This document shows positions 27,046 through 40,626 of a stretch of DNA of 64,000 nucleotides, piece after piece. The DNA is from Octopus bimaculoides. Lineage: Eukaryota. The notes under the pieces are model-generated. The model was given only the letters and a program-made list of their open reading frames with translations, did not search any database and had not been told where the DNA came from. Position numbers and translations under genes: made by a program. The stretch spans positions 168,704-232,703 of the forward strand of contig NC_068995.1 in NCBI RefSeq assembly GCF_001194135.2, read 5' to 3'. How positions within the stretch are numbered: position 1 is the first letter of the stretch; every line of letters starts with the position of its first letter.

Positions 27046-27652
27046 CAACAACAACAACAGCAGCTGCAACTACAACAACAACATCAACAACAATAATAGA
27101 TGCCCTAATGCAGTACCAGGAACTAGCTCTCATGGCTTCTGATCTTAATTGATTGGAAGTGTTATCAAATACATTCTTTTGTCTTAGTATAAAAGATGGG
27201 CGACAACAGATATTTTGCTCAGTACCAGATATTTACTTGTCAGTTGCTTGAATTTAACCAGGTAAGCATGTCCCTTAGTGGTTGGAGATATGTGCATCTC
27301 TGATCACGAGCAGAAGTAGTAGGTGGGGCATCAAGCCATGTGTTCAGAGGAATTCTTTAGGGTTTGGATAATTCACCTTTGGAAACATGGCTGTTTCGTC
27401 CAACATCCTTAACCTTTATTCAGGGACTTTTTGAGTGGGATGGGCGACTCGACCTGAATAAAATTCTAACTGGGCTCCACTTGCAAGGTCATGCGCTGTT
27501 TACCTTGACATGAGAGCACCATGTTGCACACTTGTAATTGTGATGCATGCGCCTGATGTACCCTTATCTGAAGGGCAGTTACGATGGGTATATTGAACTT
27601 CGTATAGTTTTGCTCCAGTGTCACTTTGATGGCATCCGCTGTTCTCTCACTC

Positions 27653-27679
<27 letters not shown>

Positions 27680-27683
<4 letters not shown>

Positions 27684-28140
27684 TGTAACAAGTTTGAATT
27701 GGAAAGAGTTAAGAGCTCTTGGGACTTCATGATTCAGTATGATCATAGAATCAAAGATTGGAAATTTGATACTGCACAAGTAAAATAGAAAGAAAAGTCA
27801 TGTCTGATCATAGACATTGCTTGACCCGGTGACCGCAAAATTGGAAAGAAAGCGGGGGGGGGGGACCGACGTGATATTAAAGCTTCGAGGAAAGAAATCA
27901 AAACAGTGTGGTCAATAAAAAGAGTGCATTTTGTTGAAATAATTGTTGGTGTCCTATGTACAGTGAAAAAAAAATCTGATTAGATAAGTTAGGAATAAAA
28001 TCAGAACATATCCAGAATTCCTTGGCAGTGCAAGGAATCTCTGCAAAGTTCTCTCGAAACTTGAATGGAGAATACCATCGCAGTTCACGGGCATTGAACT
28101 GCGGGTACAATAATGACATCTCCAGCAATAAGTTGAGTAT
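27680..28140 (+). mobile_element. Older R4/Dong-like REL-LINE 3' remnant
   Basis: Degenerate WDFMIQYDHRI..CLIIDIA*PGD and LGSARNLCKVL motifs; (AAT)n on both sides. Confidence 0.6.
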
Positions 28141-30854
28141 GTTAGATAATAATAATAATGAAAATAGCACCTACAAAAATCAGCTTAGCTTGGAACTGCA
28201 AAAATTCTTCAAGCATGACCAGTAAACAAGTGTCACCTTAGTCTGGTGGCTGTGGATAGCTGACACTTTCCATCATACCCAGCAAAATAGGCTTGAGTTT
28301 TCATATAATAATAATAATAATATTTAATTTAGACACAAGGACAGCTAGCCATTTTGAGCGGTTTCATTTGCCAATAGTATCGACCTTCAATATTCAATTT
28401 GTACTTTATTCCAATCAAACTCGGAGAAATGAAATGTGAAGTTGATTAGTCACGTCGCTATTTGAACTCAGAACATAAAGAATTTGAAGAAATACCGTAA
28501 AGCATTTTTCTCGACGCCTTAATGATTCTATCAAACCGCCGCCTTTATAACAGTAACAATTATTCTAACAATGGCAAAGAGAAATGAACCAGTATTTTCT
28601 CAAGGACAATTGTCTGTCGATATTTCTAGAACATGTCCACTCCATGACAAACATAAGAGATCACAACTTACAAGGTAGAAGTGAATGTGGGTAAAAAAGA
28701 ACATAATTTTCAAAGGAAGCCTTTGTTGGTCGTGGTGGTGATGTTGGTGTTAGTTTAGTGGTAGTAGTCATAGTGTTAGTACAGGTTTTAGTGGTTGTGG
28801 TATTGGTGGTAGTGGGGCTGATGATGGTGATGTCGGTAGTGGTGGTGCTTAGAGGGAAATAAAAATCAATCAATAAATATATAGAATCTTTGGTTCGCCT
28901 CTCGATCGGTTTCTTTGAGGAATCAAGGAGACAAAGATGTCGATAAAAGTTTAAAACAAAGTTTAGAAGAGGTGGGCATGTGGCATGCCGCGTGAGTTGT
29001 GTCTCCACAACGGCAGCATAACAACAACAATAGCAATAACAACATCAAAAGCGAAAAAGCATCATAATTATCATTATCATCAACAGTATGACTAAGAAAA
29101 GCAAAAGAGAACAACTAAAAGAGCAACAAGGACAAAGGGAAAAACAAGAGCGGAGGAGGAGGGGGAGGAGGGGGAGGACATCTGCAAATACACGAAAACA
29201 ATTGAGACGTTTTGTTTCCGTTATTTTGTAGTGAAAGAAATTAGAAAACAGGTTTGGAACCCGGAGCGCCAAGTTTGTGGGAATTTTGTTCACGAACATG
29301 CGCACATTAACACAATCACACACACACACACACACAATATATANNNNNNNNNNNNNNNNNNNNNNNNNNNNNNNNNNNNNNNNNNNNNNNNNNNNNNNNN
29401 NNNNNNNNNNNNNNNNNNNNNNNNNNNNNNNNNNNNNNNNNNNNNNNNNNNNNNNNNNNNNNNNNNNNNNNNNNNNNNNNNNNNNNNNNNNNNNNNNNNN
29501 NNNNNNNNNNNNNNNNNNNNNNNNNNNNNNNNNNNNNNNNNNNNNNNNNNNNNNNNNNNNNNNNNNNNNNNNNNNNNNNNNNNNNNNNNNNNNNNNNNNN
29601 NNNNNNNNNNNNNNNNNNNNNNNNNNNNNNNNNNNNNNNNNNNNNNNNNNNNNNNNNNNNNNNNNNNNNNNNNNNNNNNNNNNNNNNNNNNNNNNNNNNN
29701 NNNNNNNNNNNNNNNNNNNNNNNNNNNNNNNNNNNNNNNNNNNNNNNNNNNNNNNNNNNNNNNNNNNNNNNNNNNNNNNNNNNNNNNNNNNNNNNNNNNN
29801 NNNNNNNNNNNNNNNNNNNNNNNNNNNNNNNNNNNNNNNNNNNNNNNNNNNNNNNNNNNNNNNNNNNNNNNNNNNNNNNNNNNNNNNNNNNNNNNNNNNN
29901 NNNNNNNNNNNNNNNNNNNNNNNNNNNNNNNNNNNNNNNNNNNNNNNNNNNNNNNNNNNNNNNNNNNNNNNNNNNNNNNNNNNNNNNNNNNNNNNNNNNN
30001 NNNNNNNTATATATATGCATGTGTGTGTGTGTGTGTGCTCTTTTTTGACTCATGACCAATTGTGAACATTGTTAAAACTTTACAAAAAAACAGAACCAAC
30101 CAAGAATATGTTAGTAACATTCCATTCTTACTCGATTTGCGATTTATGCAATCCTCAATCTTGATACTGACCCCTTCACTCATTCTACCCTACATTCCAG
30201 CCCCTAAGCTATTACGCAACATCACTCTCCTTTGCTCTCGTTCATCAACTGCCCACGACTTCCTTCAGCAACGACCCAAATAGGTCTTCCTCTATCTTGT
30301 CGATTGACCTTCTAAAAGTAACAGTTAAATCTTTCTCAAATCATATTCTACTGAGTAAAGGAAAGGACGTACACACACATACATAAATGGAGATGGTCAT
30401 GACTGGAGCGACTATGCTCGTATCGTGTCTTCTCGATGAGCTCTAAATAACAAAATTAACACCCACAAAAACAGCACCGCCGCCAACAACACCAAGAACA
30501 ATAAAAACAACATCATTATAGACTAATTAGGCGCTATTTAATTGCATGTCCTGCTGATGACAAAAATTAAAGATGGAAAATTCAGGCAACAAAGAGCATG
30601 GAAAAGTGCAACGAATGGCGACTGGGAGTAGAATGGAGGAGAAAACGCTGTTGGTTGATTCTGTTTGCCTTGAAAGTGGGAAATTTTAAGATTTTCTGTT
30701 ACTATCTACCTGGAAATGAGGACACAAACATACGCACACATTTATATAATATACATATATACGTTTTTTATATACACATGTATACACACAAGATTTATAT
30801 ATAAATATACACGCATATATACACGTATAGAAAATGATTGAGATTCAGTTGAAT

Positions 30855-30901
<47 letters not shown>

Positions 30902-31689
30902 GGAGAAATTATACAAAATATATAAGTGGATGATGAGTAAAGCACACATATATATATTCATATGTACGTGTGTGTGTATAAACACACTCACACACACACA
31001 AATATGGTGTGTGTGTACAGAAGGATAATATATGTATTCTTTTTGGAGTGTTGAATTAAAAATCAACTTTCATCATTTCTTTTCCTTTTTTAAGATTTAC
31101 TGCTTTTCTTGTGCCTGTCTGTCTGTCGATCTGTCTATCTACATCTCACTCTAAATATTATCATCAACCCCTTCGTCTCTTTCTCTCTCTACTCTCTTTT
31201 GCCTTTTTTTTTAAATAAATCTTTATTTTAAACCTGTTTGCTTAAACCACCTTAAATGTCAACATTGAAGAATGCGCAATCCAAAGATACACACACACAA
31301 ACACTTACACGAGTAAACACGGACACATACTTACCCATATATAGATACATACACACCACGACTACACACACACACACACACACTCATATATATATATATA
31401 TTGCACAGGCACACACAGATATGCATGTATATGTATATATTATATGATATATATATCCATATACACACTCACATAGACGCATATACGAAGCGGGGATACT
31501 CTCCACCCGACCAGCAACGTAAAGTAAACGTGAGTAAGCAAGTTCTACGTTGAAGTGTAATTAGTCGTATTAGTTTTTGTTGACAAAAAGAAAAAAATGG
31601 AGAAGAAAGAAAGAAAAAGAGAGGAGAAGGAAATCTTGAAGAAAAAATGCTGTTACCGTATTTTGGAAGTATAAAAGATACGACGGGAG

Positions 31690-31860
31690 GGGATTAAGTG
31701 GATTACGTCGACCCCAGTCTTTCACTGGTACTTAATTTATCGACCCTGAAAAGCAAAGTCGACCTCGGCAGAATTTGAACTCAAAACGTTTAAGACGGAC
31801 GAAACAACGCTAAGCATTTCGCCCGGCGTCGTGCGAACGGTTCTGCCAGCTCGCTACCTT
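31690..31860 (-). mobile_element. SINE family A
   Basis: gattacgtcgaccccag..ggtacttaatttatcgaccc..aaagtcgacctcggcagaatttgaactc..ctgccagctcgctacctt. Confidence 0.8.
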
Positions 31861-32527
31861 AAATAATAATAATAATAATAATAATAGGAAGAAAGAGAAG
31901 AAGTTTAAAAAAAAGAATAGAGTGCAAAAATATGGATAACTAAAAAAAAGAGGAACAAATACAAAGAAAACGCAGAAAAAGAGAAAAAACACAAAGATGA
32001 ACGAAGCGAAGAGGGAGAGTGAGAGGGGGAAAAAGAAAGGAAAGAAACAAATTAGAAGGAGAAGGGAGAGATGAAGACGAAGAAGAAAGATGAGATTCAA
32101 TTCTTGTTCTTTTATTGTTGTTGTCATTGCTATTATTGAGTATATATATATATATATATATGTATGTATCCATCCCTTTCTTTCTCTTTTGCTCAGGTAA
32201 TGTACTTATCAAGGTGAACCGGAAGTGGGATGACAAACTGCAGCCATGACTAATTGATGACGGTATTTCACAAGAATCAAATATCTGGGGGCGATCATTT
32301 TTCTCACATTCACACTCATCCCACTTCTGTGTTTGTATGTACCTTTGCATATGTACATACATATNNNNNNNNNNNNNNNNNNNNNNNNNNNNNNNNNNNN
32401 NNNNNNNNNNNNNNNNNNNNNNNNNNNNNNNNNNNNNNNNNNNNNNNNNNNNNNNNNNNNNNNNTATATATATATATATATATATATGTAGGTATGTTAT
32501 AATGTTATCTATGTAATATCATCTTAC

Positions 32528-32677
32528 TTGTCTATGAATTCTTGGAATCCAATTCGTACTGGGAAACCCAGTTGTCTGATTCTGGCAATTTCCATAAGTC
32601 CACTGGTTCGCAGTTGGTCTAGGACATGATCCGTTTCGAACTTATTTGGAGTTTTCTCTTCGTTCGGTTTAATACAC
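32528..32677 (-). CDS. MYO3: Myosin exon: CIKPNEEKTPNKFETDHVLDQLRTSGLMEIARIRQLGFPVRIGFQEFID(K)
   Basis: Acceptor tttcttctttgcttctag|, donor |gtaaga, 150 nt, phase 2-2; RCIKPN and QLRxxGxxExxRIR motifs (SH2/SH1 helix region). Confidence 0.97.
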
Positions 32678-33065
32678 CTAGAAGCAAAGAAGAAACGATG
32701 AACAAGAGAATAGAAGACACAGAGTATTTAGGGTGAAACAAATAAAAACCGGACATTATGTTATGTACACCGATTAATAAGTGCAGTGGATGAAAAATGT
32801 ATTCGTATCGTCTCAGTCATCAATGCCCTTGGGACAAATTAATGAAATTATTGTTTTATTATTATTATTATCATTATTACATCAACTTACAAGAACATCA
32901 CATACATACATATATGTATGTATACATATATATGTATATATATATATATATATATGTGTATATACATGCATATATATATATATATACATGCATATATATA
33001 TATATATACATGCATATATATATATATATATACATGCATATATATACATGCATATATATACATGC

Positions 33066-33118
<53 letters not shown>

Positions 33119-33479
33119 TATTGTGTGCACTCGTGAGTGTGCATGCGTATGCAAATGTGTCACTGCCCTAATTTCTCAAATTTCTCACTCAAGAAACAAA
33201 ACCGGTCTGCAATTTCGAAGCAAGGTTCTTTCATTTGAATTTACAAATCAGCCAGATGGTGATGTATGTATGTATGTGCATGTATGTATGTATGCATGCA
33301 TGCATGCATGTATGTATGTATGTGTGCGTGTATATATGTATATATTTTTGCTGGTTTTGGAGCGTTCTTGCAAGTATATGGCATTACGACATCTTCAGAT
33401 TTGCATGTTTTGTGTGTGTGTAAACTCACACAATCTCACATGTTTAGACATGCACTTATGCACCTATATGCCAAACGTT

Positions 33480-33960
33480 TAGAATGTTTCATAACTTTTG
33501 ATTGTTCCATTGACAGATTGTATCTGTAATCTAATTAGTCTCCTGCTTTCTGGTTTTGAGAAACCTGAATTCACAAAACTAGTACTGAGGCTCTCTGTTA
33601 GATATAGTGGGGGCTCCAATAATTGCTGGTATAAATTTGAGGTTGTAATCCGGCTGGAACAACTGCAAATTTCTTTATAGTTCGGCGTAGGTGTTTTACT
33701 TTTTCAGTGATCTATAGCTTTGTGTTGACATCTTCTGGGAAATTAACTTCCACTACTTTCCCTCCTGTCTTCTACGTTTGCCTTTTATTGATTTTTTCAA
33801 TGGGACATTCCACCAATACTATTTCTCATCATCATAGCTATGATCCCAACATAGTATATCAGCAACTACATTATCTGATGTGTCTTTCCTTGCTGTTGCT
33901 AATGTTTTTAGCCACAGATTAGCCATAATCCAACAGATTCTAACAGCCATATTACGTACG
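33480..33960 (-). mobile_element. Restriction-like-endonuclease LINE remnant (different family from the Dong-like copies)
   Basis: Minus strand: YWWNVPL...VVEVNFPEDVN...YAEL*RNLQLFQPDYNLKFIPAIIGA, matching the REL pattern VEVxxPxDxN...Y..L...IPxIIGA. Confidence 0.55.
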
Positions 33961-34151
33961 AATTGAAGATTTTAGTTGTCTCTTTTGGCCGGTCGAGTGA
34001 CAACATTGTTATCTGGTGATTTAAGAAGAGTCACAAAGAGAACACAACTGGTGGTTGTAGTAAGAGGAGAAGGGATAGAAAGAGGTCACAACTGGTAGTT
34101 GTGGTAAGAATAGGAATAGAAAGAGAATATAACTGATGGATGTAGTAAGAG

Positions 34152-34192
<41 letters not shown>

Positions 34193-35350
34193 ATAATTTG
34201 TGCTTGTGGTAAGAGAAGACATAAAAGTGTGGGTAAGACTAATGGGTGTAGTAAGAGTAGAAAAGACAGTGAAAGGACACAAATAGCGGCTCTGTTTTTA
34301 TAACGGCCATGTGTATTTAATAAAACCCCTTAAAGTAGGAAGCCCAAAGTCGAACATGGAATTTGAACATGGTGTAATTTGAACTCTACAATTAAAACAA
34401 CGTAATTAAGGTAAGACATATGCACCGCCACCTTAGTAATTTTACTCCGCCACCTAGTGTCGAAATTCAAAAATTTATAAACAAAGATCAACCATCAAAA
34501 AAAATAATAAAAATAATGAAGAGAAACCAAAAAACAATCAAAAAAGCACAAATAAAATCCCTGCTTTCTTGTTTGAATATTTTAGTTGTTGTTTAACTCC
34601 AAATTAATCCTGACCAAGCAAATAACAAGCCTATGATCAAAACGTTCCGGTTGTGACCACCCCGACTTTTTACATATCTGGGACCAAATTATCTAATACG
34701 TGTTTTATTTTATTCTCTTTTATTTTCGAAGACAGTACGGTGTGGTTTGAGGAAATTCGACTATTATTTCTGGTAGGTCAGTGACCATATAAAAACCCCT
34801 TTCATTGTCTTAGACTCAGGCTACGGTGACATTTAAGTCTTTTTTGAAAGAAAAAGAAAAAAACAAAATAGAAAACAAAACAAACATGTCAGTAAAGAGA
34901 AACATGCAAATTATCCAGATCGTCCATAGAAGTTTCCCACGTTTAAACACTTTCTTTTTTCCGCATTGTTTTGACTCCTGTTTTTCATGTGACTCAGAGT
35001 CGAAACAATTGAAAAGAAAGACACCAAAATAATCTGTAAATAAAAACTCCAGTTTGTTGTTTTAAGAGGATTCGTTTAATTTATGTAAATGAAATTCGCC
35101 CTAATTGTGAACGAAATGCGCAAAAAATTACTGTAAAATGTTATTTATATCCCTGCCATTTAAATACATTTAAATACATTTGAATACAGCAACAATAACT
35201 AGAAAAAAGACTTCCCTTCATCCTCACAACACTGACAATATTTTGTTGTCGATCAGGAATACCAGCCACTGATTCAACACAACCCTCCAGAAACTGGACT
35301 TCTTTATGAAGAATAATCTTGTTTCTCCTAACAAAGGTTTCCCTCATATC

Positions 35351-35991
35351 GAAACTACGCGGTCACCATTTTGAAACCGAAAGCTGATTTCACTTGGATA
35401 TTTCCACCGATTGGGCTCGAACAACAAACAGCTAAATTGATCGTTAATGGACTGCGATATTTTAGCCTCTACATTCATCGAATTAAACGATAATATTTAA
35501 ATCCCTCTCTCTCTCACTCTCTCCTTCTCTCTCACTATCCTCTATCTCTCTCTCTCCCTCTCTCTCTGTGTCGCTGATTTCTTTTTTCTTTCATATGATA
35601 TTTTTGGTCTTTTATCTTTTACTCGTTTCGCTCATTGGACTGCAACCGTGCCGTGCCACGGTCGGGATGGGATTCGTCGAACAAATCGACACCAGAAAAT
35701 GTTTTACTATTACTTTAAGTCTGATACTTATTTTATCCGATTTTTGCCGAACGGCTAAGTTAATTGGTACAAACACAAACACAGACGATAAAATAATTAC
35801 TAGACTTAAAGTAACAGTAAAACATTTTCTGGTGTCGATTTGTTCAACGAATCCCATCCCGACCGTGCCACGGCACGGTTGCAGTCCAATGAGGGAAACG
35901 AGTAAAAGATAAAAGACCAAAAATATCATATGAAAGAAAAAAGAAATCAGCGACAGAGAGAAAGTGGGAGAGAGGAGAGTGAGAGAGAGAA

Positions 35992-36023
<32 letters not shown>

Positions 36024-36300
36024 TGAGAGAGAAAGAGAGAGTGAGAGAGAAGGAGAGAGAGAGAGAGAGAGAGAGAAGGAGAGAGTGAGAGAGAAGGAGA
36101 GAGTGAGAGAGAAGGAGAGTGAGAGAGAAGGAGAGAGAGAGAGAGAGAGGAATTTAAATATCGTTTAATTCGATGAATGTAGAGGCTAAAATATCGCAGT
36201 CTATTAACGATCAATTTAGCTGTTCAGTGTTTGAGCCCAATCAATGGAAAGATCGAAGTCAAATCAGCTTTATTTTTCAAAATGGTGACCACATAGTTTG
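35351..36300. repeat. About 950-bp fold-back palindrome, 49-nt spacer
   Basis: Arms 35351-35737 and 35787-36300; minus-strand ORF 35612..36214 and plus-strand ORF 35568..35912 in the supplied track share the same peptide because of it. Confidence 0.92.
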
Positions 36301-36749
36301 GGATCAATATTTTGTAATTAATATTTTCTACAAAATAATGGATGATAAATAATTACTAGAAACGTTGTCATAACGACGAGTCTGGGATGTGTCAGTGCTG
36401 GTTATGGCTTGGCTTTGGTTCGATGGATTTATTCATTTGCCTGAAGTATGCTCATGAGAGGCGACCATAGAGGAGCTGACCCCTTGGAATATAGGGTTTG
36501 TCTCAATTGAGACAAATACAAGGACAACCATAACAACCATTTAGAACCACAATAACACCCACAAAAACACTGACAACAACAAATTGGGCTCTAATTTCTC
36601 TAGAGTAATACTATGTGTAAAACATGACACCCTAGGCATAACACCAACATGAACTTCTAAGTTGTTGTCTCTTGAGGTCTCTGGGTGAGACTTGGAGCCA
36701 ACTTGTACAAAGCAAAAGTGAAACATAACAACAATAATAATAATAATAA

Positions 36750-37395
36750 GTCTCTGGCTGCCCAGTCCTGGTTAAGAAGGAATATATTCACAGACATGAC
36801 AGAGTTGGAACCTATATATACTGGAAGCTATGTCAACACTATGGAATAACAACAGAAAAAAGATGGTATAGACACACGGCAAAAAAGGTCACAGAAAACA
36901 AGACAGCAACTATACTCTGGGATTACCAAAACACACAGACAGAGAAATTAAGGCAAATAGGCCCGATATAGTTGTCAGAGAACACCAAGAAAAAAATGCT
37001 TTCTAATCGATGTATCAATACCAATAGATAACAACGTTTCTCTAAAAGAAATGGAGAAACTTTTAAAATACAAAGATCACGAAATAGAGGTAACTCGAAT
37101 GTAGACTCTAAAAACAGAAACAATTCCTATCATAGTAGGCGTATTAGGTATGATAAAAAAAAAACATTGAGACAAATACATAACAAAAACACCAGGACTT
37201 AAAAGTATATATAACATACGAAAAATAGCTCTACTAGGTACCACACACATCCTGCGTAAAACACTTTCAATACAGTGAAAGCAAGAGCACCACAATAAAC
37301 CACAGCATATACCCAAGGCACATAGAGCTCTGCTCAGTAGTGTAGTGAAAGCACGTGATAAAAAATAAGATTACTGGATTATAAAAATAATAATG
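36750..37395 (+). mobile_element. R4/Dong-like non-LTR retrotransposon 3' fragment (restriction-like endonuclease domain plus 3' UTR), degenerate
   Basis: Translates, with frameshifts and stops, as SGCPVLVKKEYIHRHDRVG..WKLCQHYG..ILWD..DREIKANRPDIVV..CFLIDVSIPIDNN..KYKD..IPIIVGVLG..KIALLGTTHILRKTLSIQ*. Flanked by (AAT)n. Confidence 0.85.
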
Positions 37396-38082
37396 GCTTC
37401 AAAATTTGCCACAAGGAAAGCAATTTTGGTGGAGAAGATGAGTTGATTACATCGACCGCAGTGTTCAACTGGTATTTATTTTATCAACTCCGAAAGGATG
37501 GAAGGCAAAGTCGACCTCAGCAGAATTTGAACTCAGAACCGGAAGACAGACGAAATACCGCTCAGCATTTCGCCCAACGTGCTGACGATTCTGCCAGCTC
37601 GCCGCCTTTTATAGTAATAATAATAAGAAGAATTCTTTCTAATGGAAACACAAGGCCTCAAATTTGGGGGAAGGGATTAAGTCGATTACATCGACTCCAG
37701 TACGTAACTGGTACTTAATTTATTGACCTCGAAAAGATGAAAGACAAAGTCGACCTCGGCGGAATTTGAACGCAGAACGTAGAGACAGATGAAATGCTGC
37801 CAAGCATTTCGCGCGCCGTGCTAACGATTCCGCCAGTTTGGAATAAAACCAAAACCTATCATAATGCTAGTCATTTCTACTATAGGCACAAGGCCTGAAA
37901 TTTGAGGGAGGGGACTAGTTGATTAGATCGACCCATTACTCAACTGGTACTTAAGTTATCGACTCCGAAAAGGTAAAAGGCAAAGTCGACCTCGGCGAAA
38001 TTTGAACTTAGAACGCGCAGACAAACGGAATGCCACAAAACATTTTGCCCAGCGGGCTAACAATTCCGCCAGCTCGCTGCCC

Positions 38083-38134
<52 letters not shown>

Positions 38135-38175
38135 TTCTACTATAGATACGAGGCCTGAAATTTGGGGGAAGGGGT
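37395..38175 (-). mobile_element. Tandem cluster of three SINE family A copies plus a fourth stub, same orientation, separated by (TAA)n
   Basis: The core aaagtcgacctc..gaatttgaac..aga recurs at about 37505, 37745 and 37980; stub ctactatagatacgaggcctgaaatttgggggaagggg at about 38135. Confidence 0.85.
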
Positions 38176-39510
38176 TAATAATGATAATAATAATAATAAT
38201 GATAATAATAATAATAATAATAATAATATAGAAATTGCAATTACTGACCCCAGCTGAGATGTCGGTGGAAAGACCATGGCTTGTAGCTGTGTTCCAAACT
38301 AATCATAGAATTATTCTATTAATAATGATAATATCGATAGAATAACGATGACCAATCGATCAGCTGAATGTGATGATGTATCCTTGATCAGCGTCGAAGG
38401 CAAATTAATCACGTCTTTAACTTAAGAACCTTTTACGTAAACATTGAGTTTCCTTATATGGGCAAAGAAATGTGTCTGGGTGTAAGATCTGGGAGTGGTG
38501 GAAGTGGGGTGGGAGGGTAGCGGTGGATGTGCTTTAATGAGTGTAGGCTTGTGTGTATGTGTGCATGTGTATGTGTGTGTGTGTGTGTGTGTGTGTAAGC
38601 TTGTTTAGCAAGTGTTTGTTTTGACTGTAGGTATGTAACCTTTCTCATTGGTGTTGTGTGAAAGTGTGTGTGTGTGTGTGTGTGAATGTTTATTTGAACA
38701 TTTTTACTTGTTCTTAATAAGTGTAGGATTATGGTGAAGGTATGTGTATGCGCGTGTGTGTGAGTGTATGTGTGTGTGTGTAGGTTTCTGTTTAAAAATG
38801 TTGGTACACTGTGTGTATATGTGGGCCTGTGTTTACCTTTATATTTGTGGTTTTGTGCGAGCCTTAATGGGTATGTGCGTGTGTGTGAGAGAGAGAGAGA
38901 GAGAGAGGCTGAGAGAGGGAGGGAGGGAGAGAGAGATTCAACATGTTTGTATGAGTTTTTAAGGTTAGTGTAGCGAACATAAAACCTTACTTTTAGTGTT
39001 TGTATGTGTGCGNNNNNNNNNNAGGGAGAGAGAGATTCAACATGTTTGTATGAGTTTTTAAGGTTAGTGTAGCGAACATAAAACCTTACTTTTAGTGTTT
39101 GTATGTGTGCGTGTGTGTATCATTGCGTTTATGTGTATGTGTGTATGATTTTATGCGTGTGTGTGTGTTTGTGTGACCGGATGGTTGAGGGATTTGCTTT
39201 GCAGTCATAAGGTTCAGCGTTCAGTCTTAGTGCGCTGCGTCGAACAAGTAACTTGTTCCACAGATTTCATTTAATCCACGCTTACTCAGTGAAACTGGGT
39301 GGATGGAGGCTTTAACCACCCGGTGGGCGTATGAAGTGCATCCACAATTAAAAGGCAAACACTCACACTGATGCTTTCAGAGAATTACATTTTTAGTATG
39401 TCTTAGGAATACCCAGCCACCAATTATTTATTTAATGAATAAATAATTCGTTTGAACGAAAGCCTGGGACACTTAGCGTCTAAAGTGACGGAGACCCATT
39501 TTCTATTGTT

Positions 39511-39595
<85 letters not shown>

Positions 39596-39809
39596 TCTCT
39601 CTCTCTCTCACCCCTACATGATTTCTCTGTCTTTCTCTCTCTCTTGTGTGCACGCTTATGTAGACCTACGTACGTGTATTGGTATGTGCATGCGTGCGTT
39701 TGTGCGTGTGTTTCCGTATATACGTGTGTGTGTGTGTCGTGCGTGTACATCTTAATGCTTATTCTATGTCAAGTCCTATATAAACACAGTATGTATTTGT
39801 GTGTCTGAG

Positions 39810-39965
39810 TTTGTGCTCCAACCATCGCTTGACAACCAAAAGAGGTCGATAGCATAAATTGCCGGATTTTAGAAAATACGTCTTGAGCTCAATTCGATCG
39901 ACCAAAACCGTTCAAGGCGGTGCCCCAGCATGACCGCATTCCATTGACTGTATAAAAGATACAAG
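39810..39965 (+). mobile_element. SINE family B, 3' half
   Basis: ccaaccatcgcttgacaacc..gttcaaggcggtgccccagcatgaccgca. Confidence 0.65.
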
Positions 39966-40569
39966 ATATATGAATGCATATACACCTACATTCGTGGGCT
40001 CTTTTCCCCCGCCCTATGGTGGCACGGTGGTCGGCTTGCAGGCCGTGTTTAAAGGCAACACCTTCCGCGTTCTTTATTGAAAAGTTGGGAGAAATGCTGA
40101 CTTTCGAAGTTGTGCCCTCAAATGCAGAGGTAACTTTCATTTTGAATGGTGGTGTCCCAATATGACCGCAGTCAATTGACTGAGCCAAGTGAAAAAGTAA
40201 GTAATGCATGTCTATATTTAATTGTGAATGTTTTGAGTATCTATATGCGAATGTGTGTGTGTGTGTGTGTGTGCATATTTATTTATATGGATGTGTACAT
40301 TTTGTGTAAGATTTTGGTAAATCCCGACGCCCACCCGTATAGTTAATAATAGCCGGTATAACGGGTATGGTGTATCCGTAATTAGTAACGCTATGATCTT
40401 TTGTAGGTGTGGATATGAGTGAAATCCTGATGGTGGGATTTTGAATGAGTGTTTAGTGAATAGTGATGAGTTAATGTGTACATAAACTCTACGCATACAA
40501 GCTATCTACACCGACATTTCCTTGCAAGGAGTAAATAGCCACATTTCCCTGTACACATATCCGTGTATG

Positions 40570-40626
<57 letters not shown>

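Noticed and set aside
29231-30183. Long ORFs over N gaps (also near 2051, 5280, 19417, 21679, 32365, 41933, 57087, 60836, 61998)
   Set aside because: They are open only because of Ns. The myosin frame closes without needing exons hidden in these gaps.
32781-33482. Many YIYI/CVCV/THTH/SLSL/ERER ORFs throughout the track
   Set aside because: Translations of (AT)n, (GT)n and (GA)n microsatellites.
38925-39110. 88-bp direct duplication
   Set aside because: The copies flank a 10-N gap, so this is an unmerged contig overlap. Similar artefacts occur around the gaps at about 49937 and 5280-5640.
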